In this document: positions 19,136-28,574 of the stretch, piece after piece
Position numbering within the stretch: position 1 is the stretch's first letter
Layout of the letters: every line of letters begins with the position of its first letter
Source: Enterobacterales bacterium
GTDB lineage: Bacteria; Pseudomonadota; Gammaproteobacteria; Enterobacterales; Permianibacteraceae
NCBI GenBank assembly: GCA_041914905.1
Contig: JAYSCL010000001.1
Span: forward strand, 43,917-107,916
DNA length: 64,000 nucleotides
Direction: 5' to 3'
The notes under the pieces: model-generated
Told to the model about the DNA's origin: nothing
Databases searched by the model: none
What the model saw: only the letters and a program-made list of their open reading frames with translations
Made by a program: the position numbers and the translations under genes

Positions 19136-21570
19136 GACTCTCTCCAACTTGCTAAACCGTCTGCACTCAAAAGTTCACGCACTTGGCGCGACCATTCCAG
19201 GTTTTGTTGCAGCTCATGTTCGTCAATTTGATAATTAATTAACGGTCCTAAGTGGCTTTGCTTATGCAAAGCAGCAACCGCTGCTGCGATTCGATCAGTT
19301 TCTTTGGGTGTCAATTCGGCAAACGCGAGACGCAATTCAGGCAAGTTAGCGACAAAATCCGCGTCCGACCATTGCGCCAACAAGTCGTCCAATACGCTAA
19401 GCAGAATTGGTTGCTGCCAAGCCGCTTCACGAGCGGTGTGCAAAAGACCACGCAGAAAGGCAACGGCTTCGCTTGGCTGACTGAGGCCTCGTAAATGCCC
19501 ACTCAATGTCGCAGCAAGCGTGGATTCACCAAGGCGACCAGCACTGTAGAGAAGACCGGTAGCGGCACCACGTATCAACGCGACATCGTGTGCAGTTTGC
19601 AGACTCTCGATCATGCCCCAGTAAAGCGAACTGTCTAAATTTGATCCTGCTGTGCTCATCAACAACTCACGCAACTGCATAAGCGCCTGGATGGCGTTAT
19701 TCGGTTCGCATTGTTGACCGCGCATTTCTCGCCCGAGGTAGATAGCACGCTCATATGCCGCCTGTAGCAGAGTCGGTAGCTCCGGCACGTCACGCGCTTC
19801 GAGCGGTTCACGAGATTCCCACAACACTCCGAGACTGGCCACAGCGGCGGTAACGGATTCAAACGCTGCATCGGATCCGATCACTTGGCGCAATAAAGCC
19901 ACCACACGCGGCAAATGATCATGCAGGCCCAATACGCAGGCGTGATTCATCAGTGCCGCCGCGCGACGAGCATTAGCCAAATTATCTTCAGCTTGAAGCT
20001 GATCTAAGCGCGCAACAAATCGATTGGCGACGGCGAGCGGCACCGTAACTCCATACAACGACGCTTCAACCAATGCGGCTTCAGTCGCGGCTGAATGATG
20101 GTATTCCCATTGTTCCTGTAATCGATCTAGAGCAAGGCCGGTGACAAAATCCGGCCCGGCAATGCGGACGCCTAACGGCACTCCGAGTAAGAGCAAACCG
20201 TGAAAAAGACGACTTGTTTGTCGATGCGTTGCATTTCGGTAAATGTCAAGAACGGTTCGGTGCGATGCCGCATCATCGATCTTTAATCGCTGCCGCCGTG
20301 CGCGATAATTAAAGTCTTTGACTAAGGGAGGAAGATTCGCCGATGGCGGCACCTTTCCCATCGCTACGCCGGTGAGGATTTGTTGCGCAGCTGCGCGTAC
20401 AAAAACACCATCGCCGTCTGCATCACCTTTGACAAAACAACTGGTTATGGCATCCAGCACATCATCACGCACCGGTGCCACGCGCTGACGCAGTTGCGCT
20501 AGACGCAGGCATTGCTCATAAGCTGCGGTCAACGCAGGCATAGGTAGTGCTAATTTGTATTTTGTTCGCAGCTCTTCTGCCAGATCCATGAGCACTTGCA
20601 AAGCAACCGTGCGGCGAGTATCAACAAGATCTAGTGACACACGCTTCTCGTTTTTTTGCATTTGTTGCCAAAGCGTTTGATGCCAGGCCGGTGATGTCAT
20701 GCCGGCTGCGTAACCGTTTAAACGGTCGAGCCTTTCAAAGCTATAACGAATTAACGCGGACGCTGTATCCGTTACCTCACTGCGTTGTATCGAAGGACGT
20801 TTTGCTCCGGCGTCAATGCAAGTCTTAATTGCCGCTGCATGAAAACCACCTACGACGGCGATCACCGGCCCTTCATCCGCCTGGCGTTCTAACAGAGCTT
20901 GTTGAATATGCCAGGCCATTTCTGCTTCGCGTGTCAATGTTCCGTCGGCAATTAATTCTTCTTCACGGCTGTCAAATCGTGCCAACTCACAATAGGCGAC
21001 CATATGTTCAACATGTTCCGCCAAAGTTAGATTCGCGGCTGGCACCTCAAATAAATGCTCCCACAGTTCTTCGTGATCGCGGCAACCAATGCGAACGGCC
21101 AGCGCTTGCAAATACTGGCTGCGGCGATAATGTTGTTCATCAAGCAAAGACGCATTTTCTTCAGCATTTTCTTCGTTTTCAAATTGACATTGCTCGGCAA
21201 ATTCGAGGTCGATAAATCGAGCCGCAATTCCGCGTTCTTGGGCATAGCGCAGCGCAATCAGTTCTGGCGAGTAATCACAGAAGGGATAGTATGCAGCGCG
21301 ACGCTGTTCATTGCTGCGTTGTTCGGTTTTGGTCACCGCGTACGTATAAATCGCCAACGGCATTCGTGCTGCGGCATCGGTGAGTTGCGGAATCAAGCTG
21401 TTGAAAGATCGTGGACCTTCAACCAACACCGCCGACGGTGTACAACTCGCTAACAAACGACGCAGCTGCCATGCGCAAGCGGGGCTGTGATGACGAACGG
21501 GAAAAATAATCAGGTCCGGTCGAATCAATTTCGCCGCAAGCGCACGTAACTCGGCTGACGTCGGTAACAT
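19132..21570 (-). CDS. Large uncharacterised protein (DUF5682-like), third gene of the operon.
   Basis: It is 812 aa with no catalytic motif recognised. The five-gene syntenic context is conserved. The N-terminus reads IIFPVRHHSPACAWQ...VLVEGP. Confidence 0.45.
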   Translation of the reverse strand: MLPTSAELRALAAKLIRPDLIIFPVRHHSPACAWQLRRLLASCTPSAVLVEGPRSFNSLIPQLTDAAARMPLAIYTYAVTKTEQRSNEQRRAAYYPFCDYSPELIALRYAQERGIAARFIDLEFAEQCQFENEENAEENASLLDEQHYRRSQYLQALAVRIGCRDHEELWEHLFEVPAANLTLAEHVEHMVAYCELARFDSREEELIADGTLTREAEMAWHIQQALLERQADEGPVIAVVGGFHAAAIKTCIDAGAKRPSIQRSEVTDTASALIRYSFERLDRLNGYAAGMTSPAWHQTLWQQMQKNEKRVSLDLVDTRRTVALQVLMDLAEELRTKYKLALPMPALTAAYEQCLRLAQLRQRVAPVRDDVLDAITSCFVKGDADGDGVFVRAAAQQILTGVAMGKVPPSANLPPLVKDFNYRARRQRLKIDDAASHRTVLDIYRNATHRQTSRLFHGLLLLGVPLGVRIAGPDFVTGLALDRLQEQWEYHHSAATEAALVEASLYGVTVPLAVANRFVARLDQLQAEDNLANARRAAALMNHACVLGLHDHLPRVVALLRQVIGSDAAFESVTAAVASLGVLWESREPLEARDVPELPTLLQAAYERAIYLGREMRGQQCEPNNAIQALMQLRELLMSTAGSNLDSSLYWGMIESLQTAHDVALIRGAATGLLYSAGRLGESTLAATLSGHLRGLSQPSEAVAFLRGLLHTAREAAWQQPILLSVLDDLLAQWSDADFVANLPELRLAFAELTPKETDRIAAAVAALHKQSHLGPLINYQIDEHELQQNLEWSRQVRELLSADGLASWRES

Positions 21571-21587
21571 CGGCTAACTCAAATAAA

Positions 21588-22685
21588 TCAGCGGTCGAGT
21601 TCGCGACGGGCATCAAGCACCCGCTGCCATTGTTTTAAGCGCTGCGCACGTTGCTTGATCACAACATCAAAGTAGTGACGCAATTTTTTTCCGTCATCCG
21701 GATTATCTTTGAGCACGGTACCAATCAACTGACGCGCAATATGATCGCCCGCCACTTCACCGTTACCAAAATAGTGTGCATCCAAAGCGGCGGCATAACC
21801 CACCGCTACCGCTTCGGCAGAAGACATGATGGCCGTTGGTTTTTCCACCACTATGCCTTCAGCGGTTACGCCATTTCGCAAATCATTGAATGTCGTTACC
21901 AATAACTCGACGGCATCGACGCTGAAATTGACATCGATTTGCGCCTGTTGCAGCAGCACCGTTGTCTGATCGCGAACCAGTTGCATCTCCAGTTTGCGAT
22001 CATTGATTGGTCGTACCGTTTCAAAATTGAAGCGACGCTTTAGCGCGCTCGACATCTCATGCACGCCACGATCGCGAATATTAGCGGTCGCAAGCACATT
22101 AAAACCACGTGCGGCAAATACACTGGCGCCGTCATCGTTCAGCTCTGGCACATGCAGCACTTTGTCGGACAACAAGCCGATCAAACAATCTTGAATTTCC
22201 GGTTGTACGCGCGTTATCTCTTCGAAGCGACAAATTCGCCCTTGTTGCATCGCCTCATACAAAGGACCACGCACCAAAGCTTTTGGCGACGGCCCTTCCG
22301 CAATCAACAAGGCATAGTTCCAAGAGTATTTTATTTGGTCTTCCGTGGTACCAGCGGTGCCTTGTATCGTGCAATCAGAATGACCGGAAATCGCCGCCGT
22401 TAGCAGCTCTGACAACATGGACTTGGCAGTGCCCGGCTCGCCGACCAGCAATAAACCGCGATTGCTCATCAGTGTCACGATACAGCGATCTATCAGCGCA
22501 TCATCACCAAAAAATTTGCGGCGAATCGCGAGTTTGTCATCACCCAGAATAAACGTGCGTACAGCACGAGGAGACAAGCGCCATCCTAACGGGCGTTGCG
22601 ATCGGTCTTCAGCCAGTAAGCGCGCCAACTCTTCGGCATAAATGGTTTCGACAGGCGCCCGTAACATTTCACCAACGGCTTTCAT
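21588..22685 (-). CDS. MoxR-family AAA+ ATPase.
   Basis: The Walker A motif is LLVGEPGTAKSMLSE. It is 365 aa, and the overall layout is typical of MoxR/RavA-like ATPases. Confidence 0.75.
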   Translation of the reverse strand: MKAVGEMLRAPVETIYAEELARLLAEDRSQRPLGWRLSPRAVRTFILGDDKLAIRRKFFGDDALIDRCIVTLMSNRGLLLVGEPGTAKSMLSELLTAAISGHSDCTIQGTAGTTEDQIKYSWNYALLIAEGPSPKALVRGPLYEAMQQGRICRFEEITRVQPEIQDCLIGLLSDKVLHVPELNDDGASVFAARGFNVLATANIRDRGVHEMSSALKRRFNFETVRPINDRKLEMQLVRDQTTVLLQQAQIDVNFSVDAVELLVTTFNDLRNGVTAEGIVVEKPTAIMSSAEAVAVGYAAALDAHYFGNGEVAGDHIARQLIGTVLKDNPDDGKKLRHYFDVVIKQRAQRLKQWQRVLDARRELDR

Positions 22686-22691
22686 GATGAA

Positions 22692-25600
22692 TCAGTACTC
22701 CGATTTTTTTCGCCAATCCGGATCAAATCCAGCACCGTCGGCCGCAATAAGACGCAGATCGTTGTAGCACTCTGACAGCAATACTTTTGGCACGCTGGCA
22801 AGACGATGAGCATTTCTCTGCCAGGAATCATTTTGTGCTGAGACAAACGACATATTGAGCAAAGCAACCAAACGATTTTCTTCCGGTAAGGGGTTGCCGG
22901 TAAATTCAAGCACAGCAATTAAACCCAGCGTTGGAAAACGTTTCTCATAAACATGAAACCAGCCACCGTCTTCAGCCGCGCCTCGCGTATAACCCAGTTT
23001 TAATGCACGACCGCGTAGCGTGAACGCCTCGATCATATGACCTTCAAAGTCGGTGATTAATTGTTCGTTTTGTTTGGTCGCTGGTAAAGTATAAATACCT
23101 TTTCCAAATTGCTGAAACAACGACGATATTTCGTAATCGACAAGATGCTGCTGCCATTTTTCAACCAACTCGTGCGGAAGATTGCTGTCATGACTTATGC
23201 GTATTTGCGCAGTATCAGGTAGATGAATTTCATTGTCGTCGCAGTCCGTCAGTGTGCCGTCGTCCAGGGGCCGGAACGTCGCGACAACAACATCGTCGTC
23301 GCGCGCGGTCCACACCAATCGCTGCAGTAAACGTCGCATAACAGGATGTTGATTGAGGTAGCGACTCCAGTCCTCAAATGACCAGTTCCGCTCGGTGCAG
23401 AGCGCTTCGTAAAGGCGCTCGGATTGCAAATCAACAATGGTCTTAATTTCCTTCTTGGCGGCCGAAAATGCCTTCTTGGCATCACGTGCAAGCTCGGCAT
23501 CATCATCTTGTCGAGGCTCAGGCAACGCACTAATTTTTTTCCCGTCCGGGTTAAATATTTCGATCTTAAAATCAGGCATCAATTTGGCACGGAAGATTCG
23601 TTGCCCGTAACTGAGGTCCTGTACACCAGTTTCATCAAATCCGGCTGATGGAATTGTTCGGTCAGACAATTCTGCCAAGGTCCAGCCTTTGCGTTCAGCC
23701 AACGCTTCGGCTTGACGAGTTGCTTCTTCTTGAAAACTCTTCGTACGAAAACGATTACCGACTGACAGCATAAGCTGTGTTGCTGACGAGTGTTCAATCC
23801 ACGCCAACATCGCAATCAATGCTTTGCCTTGCGCGGCACGCGTTCCGTAATACTCTTTCAGAAAACGCGCTACCGGCGCTGCTGCTCGTTCCGCTGCGCA
23901 CGCAGCGGCGACTGCGAGCAAGCCTTTGCTTGCGATTGCAGAACCCGCCGGTTGACGCAAATACCCTGGCAAATAAATCGCGGTCAACTCCTCAACCGAG
24001 CGGCCAAGATTCGGATCGTCCTGATAATATTGCGGCGAGCGTGACATATAACCATGTACCGTTTGCGCTTGACTGCTAGCGCGTTTCATCGCTTCTTCGG
24101 CACTAATCGGTTTGATGTCTTCGGCAAGCCATGATTCAAGCACAAATTGCCCAAAAGCCTCTCGATCACGAGGCACAAACATCGCACAATATTTGCGCAC
24201 AATCGCGTTTGGTTCTGGCGATTTTTGTTTGACGGCTTGAGCCAAAAGCCAAATCAAAACATCATGTTCAACCAAGGAGTTATTGTCTTGCCAACGTACC
24301 GTTGGTAGCGCCTGCAAAGAAAACCATTCCAGATCTTTGGGTAATCCTTTAGCTAAAGATTTTTTTGCTTCTTTTGCTAACGCATCGCGGTCGAGGTATC
24401 TTTCAACAGGTTGACCGAGCAGTTGCAAGGTGTCCAACATTGCACCTTTAGCCACATCATTTTTTTCTTTGCGTACTGCCTCTTCAAGCATCGTGATCGC
24501 TGGCGCATAACGCAGTCGACCAAGCCACTGCGCCGAAACGGCCCGCACTTCGGCTTTGCCGTCAGTTAATGCATTTATGATTCGCGCCTCTTTACCAGGT
24601 AATTTATTGAGTGCTTCCTGCGCCAATGGGCGATCACTTTTGCCAGTTCCCAGCGCCAAATCAAACATGGCGTTTACAGCGGCGTCCGGCGGTATCGGCA
24701 GACTTGCTACGGCGCGATATAACGCCGAGCGGTCAAAGTAGTAGTCCTTGGTTTTGCTCGGGTTAAATGCTTGGATTAATGTATCAAGATAGTGCGCAAA
24801 AAAAGGCCAGACGTTTTCAGCCGGCCATCGATCGGCTAAGGGACTCCAATTTTGGCAATACGCGTTGAACACGGTTTGATGGCCATAACCCATGCTCTCC
24901 AACATGTGTGCAAGCTCGAGCAAGCTCGGGCGGCCGGTTGCTTCTTGTTGCGCATTGATAATGTTGGAGGCAGCGCGTGAGAGTGTGCTGTCACTTTGTA
25001 TCAACAGATCAAAGAACGCCATCGTTTTGACTAAGACAACGGGCGTGATTTCACTGCTTTTGGCCAGCAAAAATAAAGCAGGTTGCACGTGTGACCAATT
25101 GAAATCGCGCGGTCGGCTACACGGTGATTCGCTTTGCGGATTTTCCGACGCAATATAATCACAAAGACTGCGTAATTCACTTGATTCGATGATCGGTAGT
25201 TGCCGAAGTTGAATATTTTTATTGCCTTGCTTCTTTTGCTCTTCGTAATAACTCAATGCTTGTTTGTTTGATTTCTCGATTGAGTGATTAATCGTGCTCC
25301 ATAGCTCAGTCAGCAAATCCTTTACCGCTGGCGTCAGTGCATCGTTCCAGTTGATAACCGGATCCGTATATTCATAGCGTACAGAATCGGCGACGCGGTT
25401 TTGCGAATTTTCATGCCATTCACTAACCAGCGCTTGCACAGATGGTGCCTTATCCGCTGCCGCCAAATCACGAATTTGTACACTTAACAATTCATCATTC
25501 GTGCTTTGAGCAAGGCGCCACAGCAAGCGTAACGCGTTTAATCGCTGCTCTGGTTTTGCTTCTTTAGCCAACCGAATGAGTTCCGCTTGAATAGACGCAC

Positions 25601-26420
25601 CACATTGCATAACAAGCGGCTCAGCAGCAGCACGCACCTGTTTGCTCGACGACACCGATAGCTCTGCTAGTTCAACGGCAAAATGGCTAAGCTCAACGGC
25701 GCTGAGTTTTTCCAGCAAGTAGAGAACGTGCATGCGCTGCGTAACGGCAGGCTGCAGTAACAACGGCTTGATCTGTTCGCGATGACGTACTGCTGCTTCT
25801 CCGAAGCCATTTAGATCGGCGACTGCTTGAGCGCGCTGTTCAGCGCCATAACGTGTGAACATTGGACCATTAAACGCCGCCAACAAGAGCGCAGCCTCAG
25901 GTAAACCATCAGCAATCAGCAGGCGCTCAATCCCTGCAGCACTCAGATGTTTTACAAAGGGCCGCTGACTTGAACCCCCGTCCAAACTGTCACCCCCTGC
26001 ATGCCAAAGTAGTGCCTCAGGCCAGTGCACGCCGTTAGGTAAAGAGAGAACATACAATTGTTGCGTAGAATGCCGCACTGATGCGTCTAGTAACTTTGCC
26101 CATCGCAACATAACGGCAGCTGGCATGAGGTCGAAATAACGATAAAACTCGGCCCATTCTGAGTTACCACGACTGTAGTGATAGCCAGTTAGGCGTAAAT
26201 AGTTCGATACGCCGGGATTACCGCTGACCTCATTTAGTACCGACGTCGGCTCACCCTCGAAGACGTAGGCGAGCATTCGACCTGACAACCCTGCGCTGAC
26301 ATTCGCCAGCTTGTTAAGCCCAGCCAATCGCTCCACTAGTAAGTTAGCGCCTTCTTGCGGCACATCGGAAGAAACCTTTGAGCCCGCCCCGATAACCAAA
26401 CCTTCGATCCACTTGAACAC
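22692..26420 (-). CDS. Giant 1242-aa HEAT-repeat protein (DUF4132-like), first gene of the five-gene operon.
   Basis: PBS-lyase-type HEAT repeats are present (for example AEVRAVSAQWLGRL...AITMLEEAVRKEKNDVAKGAMLDTL). It lies 6 nt upstream of moxR. A promoter-sized gap precedes it at 26421-26637. Confidence 0.5.
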   Translation of the reverse strand: MFKWIEGLVIGAGSKVSSDVPQEGANLLVERLAGLNKLANVSAGLSGRMLAYVFEGEPTSVLNEVSGNPGVSNYLRLTGYHYSRGNSEWAEFYRYFDLMPAAVMLRWAKLLDASVRHSTQQLYVLSLPNGVHWPEALLWHAGGDSLDGGSSQRPFVKHLSAAGIERLLIADGLPEAALLLAAFNGPMFTRYGAEQRAQAVADLNGFGEAAVRHREQIKPLLLQPAVTQRMHVLYLLEKLSAVELSHFAVELAELSVSSSKQVRAAAEPLVMQCGASIQAELIRLAKEAKPEQRLNALRLLWRLAQSTNDELLSVQIRDLAAADKAPSVQALVSEWHENSQNRVADSVRYEYTDPVINWNDALTPAVKDLLTELWSTINHSIEKSNKQALSYYEEQKKQGNKNIQLRQLPIIESSELRSLCDYIASENPQSESPCSRPRDFNWSHVQPALFLLAKSSEITPVVLVKTMAFFDLLIQSDSTLSRAASNIINAQQEATGRPSLLELAHMLESMGYGHQTVFNAYCQNWSPLADRWPAENVWPFFAHYLDTLIQAFNPSKTKDYYFDRSALYRAVASLPIPPDAAVNAMFDLALGTGKSDRPLAQEALNKLPGKEARIINALTDGKAEVRAVSAQWLGRLRYAPAITMLEEAVRKEKNDVAKGAMLDTLQLLGQPVERYLDRDALAKEAKKSLAKGLPKDLEWFSLQALPTVRWQDNNSLVEHDVLIWLLAQAVKQKSPEPNAIVRKYCAMFVPRDREAFGQFVLESWLAEDIKPISAEEAMKRASSQAQTVHGYMSRSPQYYQDDPNLGRSVEELTAIYLPGYLRQPAGSAIASKGLLAVAAACAAERAAAPVARFLKEYYGTRAAQGKALIAMLAWIEHSSATQLMLSVGNRFRTKSFQEEATRQAEALAERKGWTLAELSDRTIPSAGFDETGVQDLSYGQRIFRAKLMPDFKIEIFNPDGKKISALPEPRQDDDAELARDAKKAFSAAKKEIKTIVDLQSERLYEALCTERNWSFEDWSRYLNQHPVMRRLLQRLVWTARDDDVVVATFRPLDDGTLTDCDDNEIHLPDTAQIRISHDSNLPHELVEKWQQHLVDYEISSLFQQFGKGIYTLPATKQNEQLITDFEGHMIEAFTLRGRALKLGYTRGAAEDGGWFHVYEKRFPTLGLIAVLEFTGNPLPEENRLVALLNMSFVSAQNDSWQRNAHRLASVPKVLLSECYNDLRLIAADGAGFDPDWRKKSEY

Positions 26421-26637
26421 AAAGTTCCCCTAAAAATTCAGTAAGTCAAACTCGCGGCCAGACTATAGCGATAGCCTTTGTCAGAGGAAACTGACTTTCT
26501 TGGGTTGTTCATAGGAATTTGCTGCTTACGAAAGCTGGTCTTGTTGGCACGCCGCAGCATAGTTGTATTAAGCCACTATCTAAGCTAGTCTGTTGTCGTT
26601 AGTTGTATAAAGCACATATATAGTCCAGGAGGACCCC

Positions 26638-27660
26638 ATGTTCGGCTTTCGCTATATCAAAACCTTACCCACCAGCTACGTCATTCAGTATCGCAACGGC
26701 AAAATCGAGCGAGAGGGCCAAGGCCTCTCCTTTATATATTTTGCCCCAACCAGTTCTTTGGTTTCAGTTCCTGCGGCAAGCCGAGATGAGCCTTTTATCT
26801 TTCAGGAAACAACACGAGACTTCCAAGAAATCACTGTTCAGGGTCGCGTTACCTGGCGCGTCAAAGACGCGCCTCGCTTGGCAAGCATGTTGAACTTTAC
26901 CTTGGATACCAGTGGCAACAAGTATGTATCGGACGATCCAGAAAAATTGCCCACTCGCGTTCTTCATCAAGTTCAGGTCGCCATGCGGGCTGTTTTAAGC
27001 TCACTTGAGTTGCAATCAGCTTTAAGTTCTTCGCAAACCTTGGTCACGACGGTTCAAAACGGCCTTTCGAGCAACCGCGAACTTGAAGCGCTGGGCTTGG
27101 AGATCTTGGGTCTGTCGGTGCTCGCGATCAAACCGAAACCTGAGACAGGTAAAGCACTTGAAGCGCGCGTGCGTGAACAAATTTTGCGTGAGGCGGACGA
27201 AGCCGCGTATGCGCGCCGTAATGCCGCCGTAGAACAAGAACGCACCATCAAAGAAAACGAACTGAATACCGAAGTCGCGATCGAAAAGAAGAAGCGCCAA
27301 GTGCAGGAGGAGAAAGTCGAAGCCGAGCGTGTTCTGAAACAGAAGAAAAATGCCATTGCCGAAGAGGATCTTGCCGCACAAGTTGATCGCGAAGAAAAAC
27401 GTAAAGCGTTGGTAGAAAAAGCTGCCGAAAACGCTCGTGCTGAAGCCGATGCAAAAGCGTATCAACTCGCCGCCATGCTCAACACCGTGAAGTCTGTTGA
27501 CGTTAAAACATTGGAAGCCTTAGCACTAAACGGTATGGACGCATCACGATTGGTTGCACTCGGTTTTCGTGAGTTGGCTGAAGGCGCCGGCAAGATTGGT
27601 CAGCTCAATGTCAGCCCGGATTTATTACGTGAGTTGATTGCCAGCGAGAAACGCGCATGA
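26638..27660 (+). CDS. Cytoplasmic SPFH/band-7 (flotillin/slipin-like) protein lacking an N-terminal TM segment.
   Basis: An SPFH core is followed by an E/A/K-rich coiled-coil (EAERVLKQKKNAIAEEDLAAQVDREEKRKALVEKAAENARAEADAKA). Confidence 0.6.
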   Translation: MFGFRYIKTLPTSYVIQYRNGKIEREGQGLSFIYFAPTSSLVSVPAASRDEPFIFQETTRDFQEITVQGRVTWRVKDAPRLASMLNFTLDTSGNKYVSDDPEKLPTRVLHQVQVAMRAVLSSLELQSALSSSQTLVTTVQNGLSSNRELEALGLEILGLSVLAIKPKPETGKALEARVREQILREADEAAYARRNAAVEQERTIKENELNTEVAIEKKKRQVQEEKVEAERVLKQKKNAIAEEDLAAQVDREEKRKALVEKAAENARAEADAKAYQLAAMLNTVKSVDVKTLEALALNGMDASRLVALGFRELAEGAGKIGQLNVSPDLLRELIASEKRA

Positions 27661-28574
27661 GTGGTGAACGTAAAGTCGTTTTAGTCACTCGGCGCACACG
27701 TCTCGAAGAGTTGGTTGTGCGCCATAACTCTGTCGGACAAGCCAAATTTTATCTTGAGCATTTGGGTGCCGATTTTGGCGACTATGTCATCGAGCACGAC
27801 AATTATCGTCGTGCTCTCGATCGGTGCTTGTCGCAGCTTGACCCTCTCGTTCGTTATCAACAGCTGGACCGTAGCTTTTTGCCCAATTTCGTTTTTGCCC
27901 CCGATGATATTGTGATGACACTTGGCCAAGATGGTTTGGTTGCCAACACACTGAAGTATGTGGATCAACAATCGGTTGTCGCGATTAACCCAGATCCGCA
28001 ACGCTGGGATGGCGTGTTGTTGCCATTTCAAGTGGATCAAATTGGTTTTACGGTTGCCAACGTATTGGCTGACAAATATCAGTGCAAAAGAATCACGATG
28101 GCGGAAGTGGCGCTAAACGACGGCCAGCGCTTAAAAGGTGTGAACGATATTTTTATTGGTCAACGCTCACACGTCTCGGCACGCTACGCCATTGAGTTTG
28201 CGCAGCAACGTGAACATCAATCTTCCAGTGGTGTTATCGTCGCCACCGGCCTTGGCTCCACTGGCTGGTTACGCAGCGTGATCACAACGGCGCAAAGAAT
28301 CTCGGCCCCACAGCAAAATGCTGACTATTCTCCTCACGCTTGGGATGAAAAGCGTCTGCACTTTGTGGTGCGCGAAGCATTTCCTTCGCGCAATACAGGG
28401 GTCAATTTAATTGCCGGGGAAATTGCTCACAATCGCGTTCTCACCATCACGTCGGAAATGCCTGAAGGTGGTGTTATTTTCGCCGATGGAATGGAAATGG
28501 ATGCAATTCAGTTCGGCGCCGGCTTCACTGCCACGATTCAACCTGCCATGCAACAAGCGCGGCTGGTTGTTTAG
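27657..28574 (+). CDS. ATP-NAD kinase / diacylglycerol-kinase catalytic-fold protein (putative), translationally coupled to the SPFH gene.
   Basis: The start overlaps the SPFH stop (ATGA). The block VMTLGQDGLVANT resembles the GGDG loop of the NAD-kinase/DAGK fold. Confidence 0.4.
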   Translation: MSGERKVVLVTRRTRLEELVVRHNSVGQAKFYLEHLGADFGDYVIEHDNYRRALDRCLSQLDPLVRYQQLDRSFLPNFVFAPDDIVMTLGQDGLVANTLKYVDQQSVVAINPDPQRWDGVLLPFQVDQIGFTVANVLADKYQCKRITMAEVALNDGQRLKGVNDIFIGQRSHVSARYAIEFAQQREHQSSSGVIVATGLGSTGWLRSVITTAQRISAPQQNADYSPHAWDEKRLHFVVREAFPSRNTGVNLIAGEIAHNRVLTITSEMPEGGVIFADGMEMDAIQFGAGFTATIQPAMQQARLVV

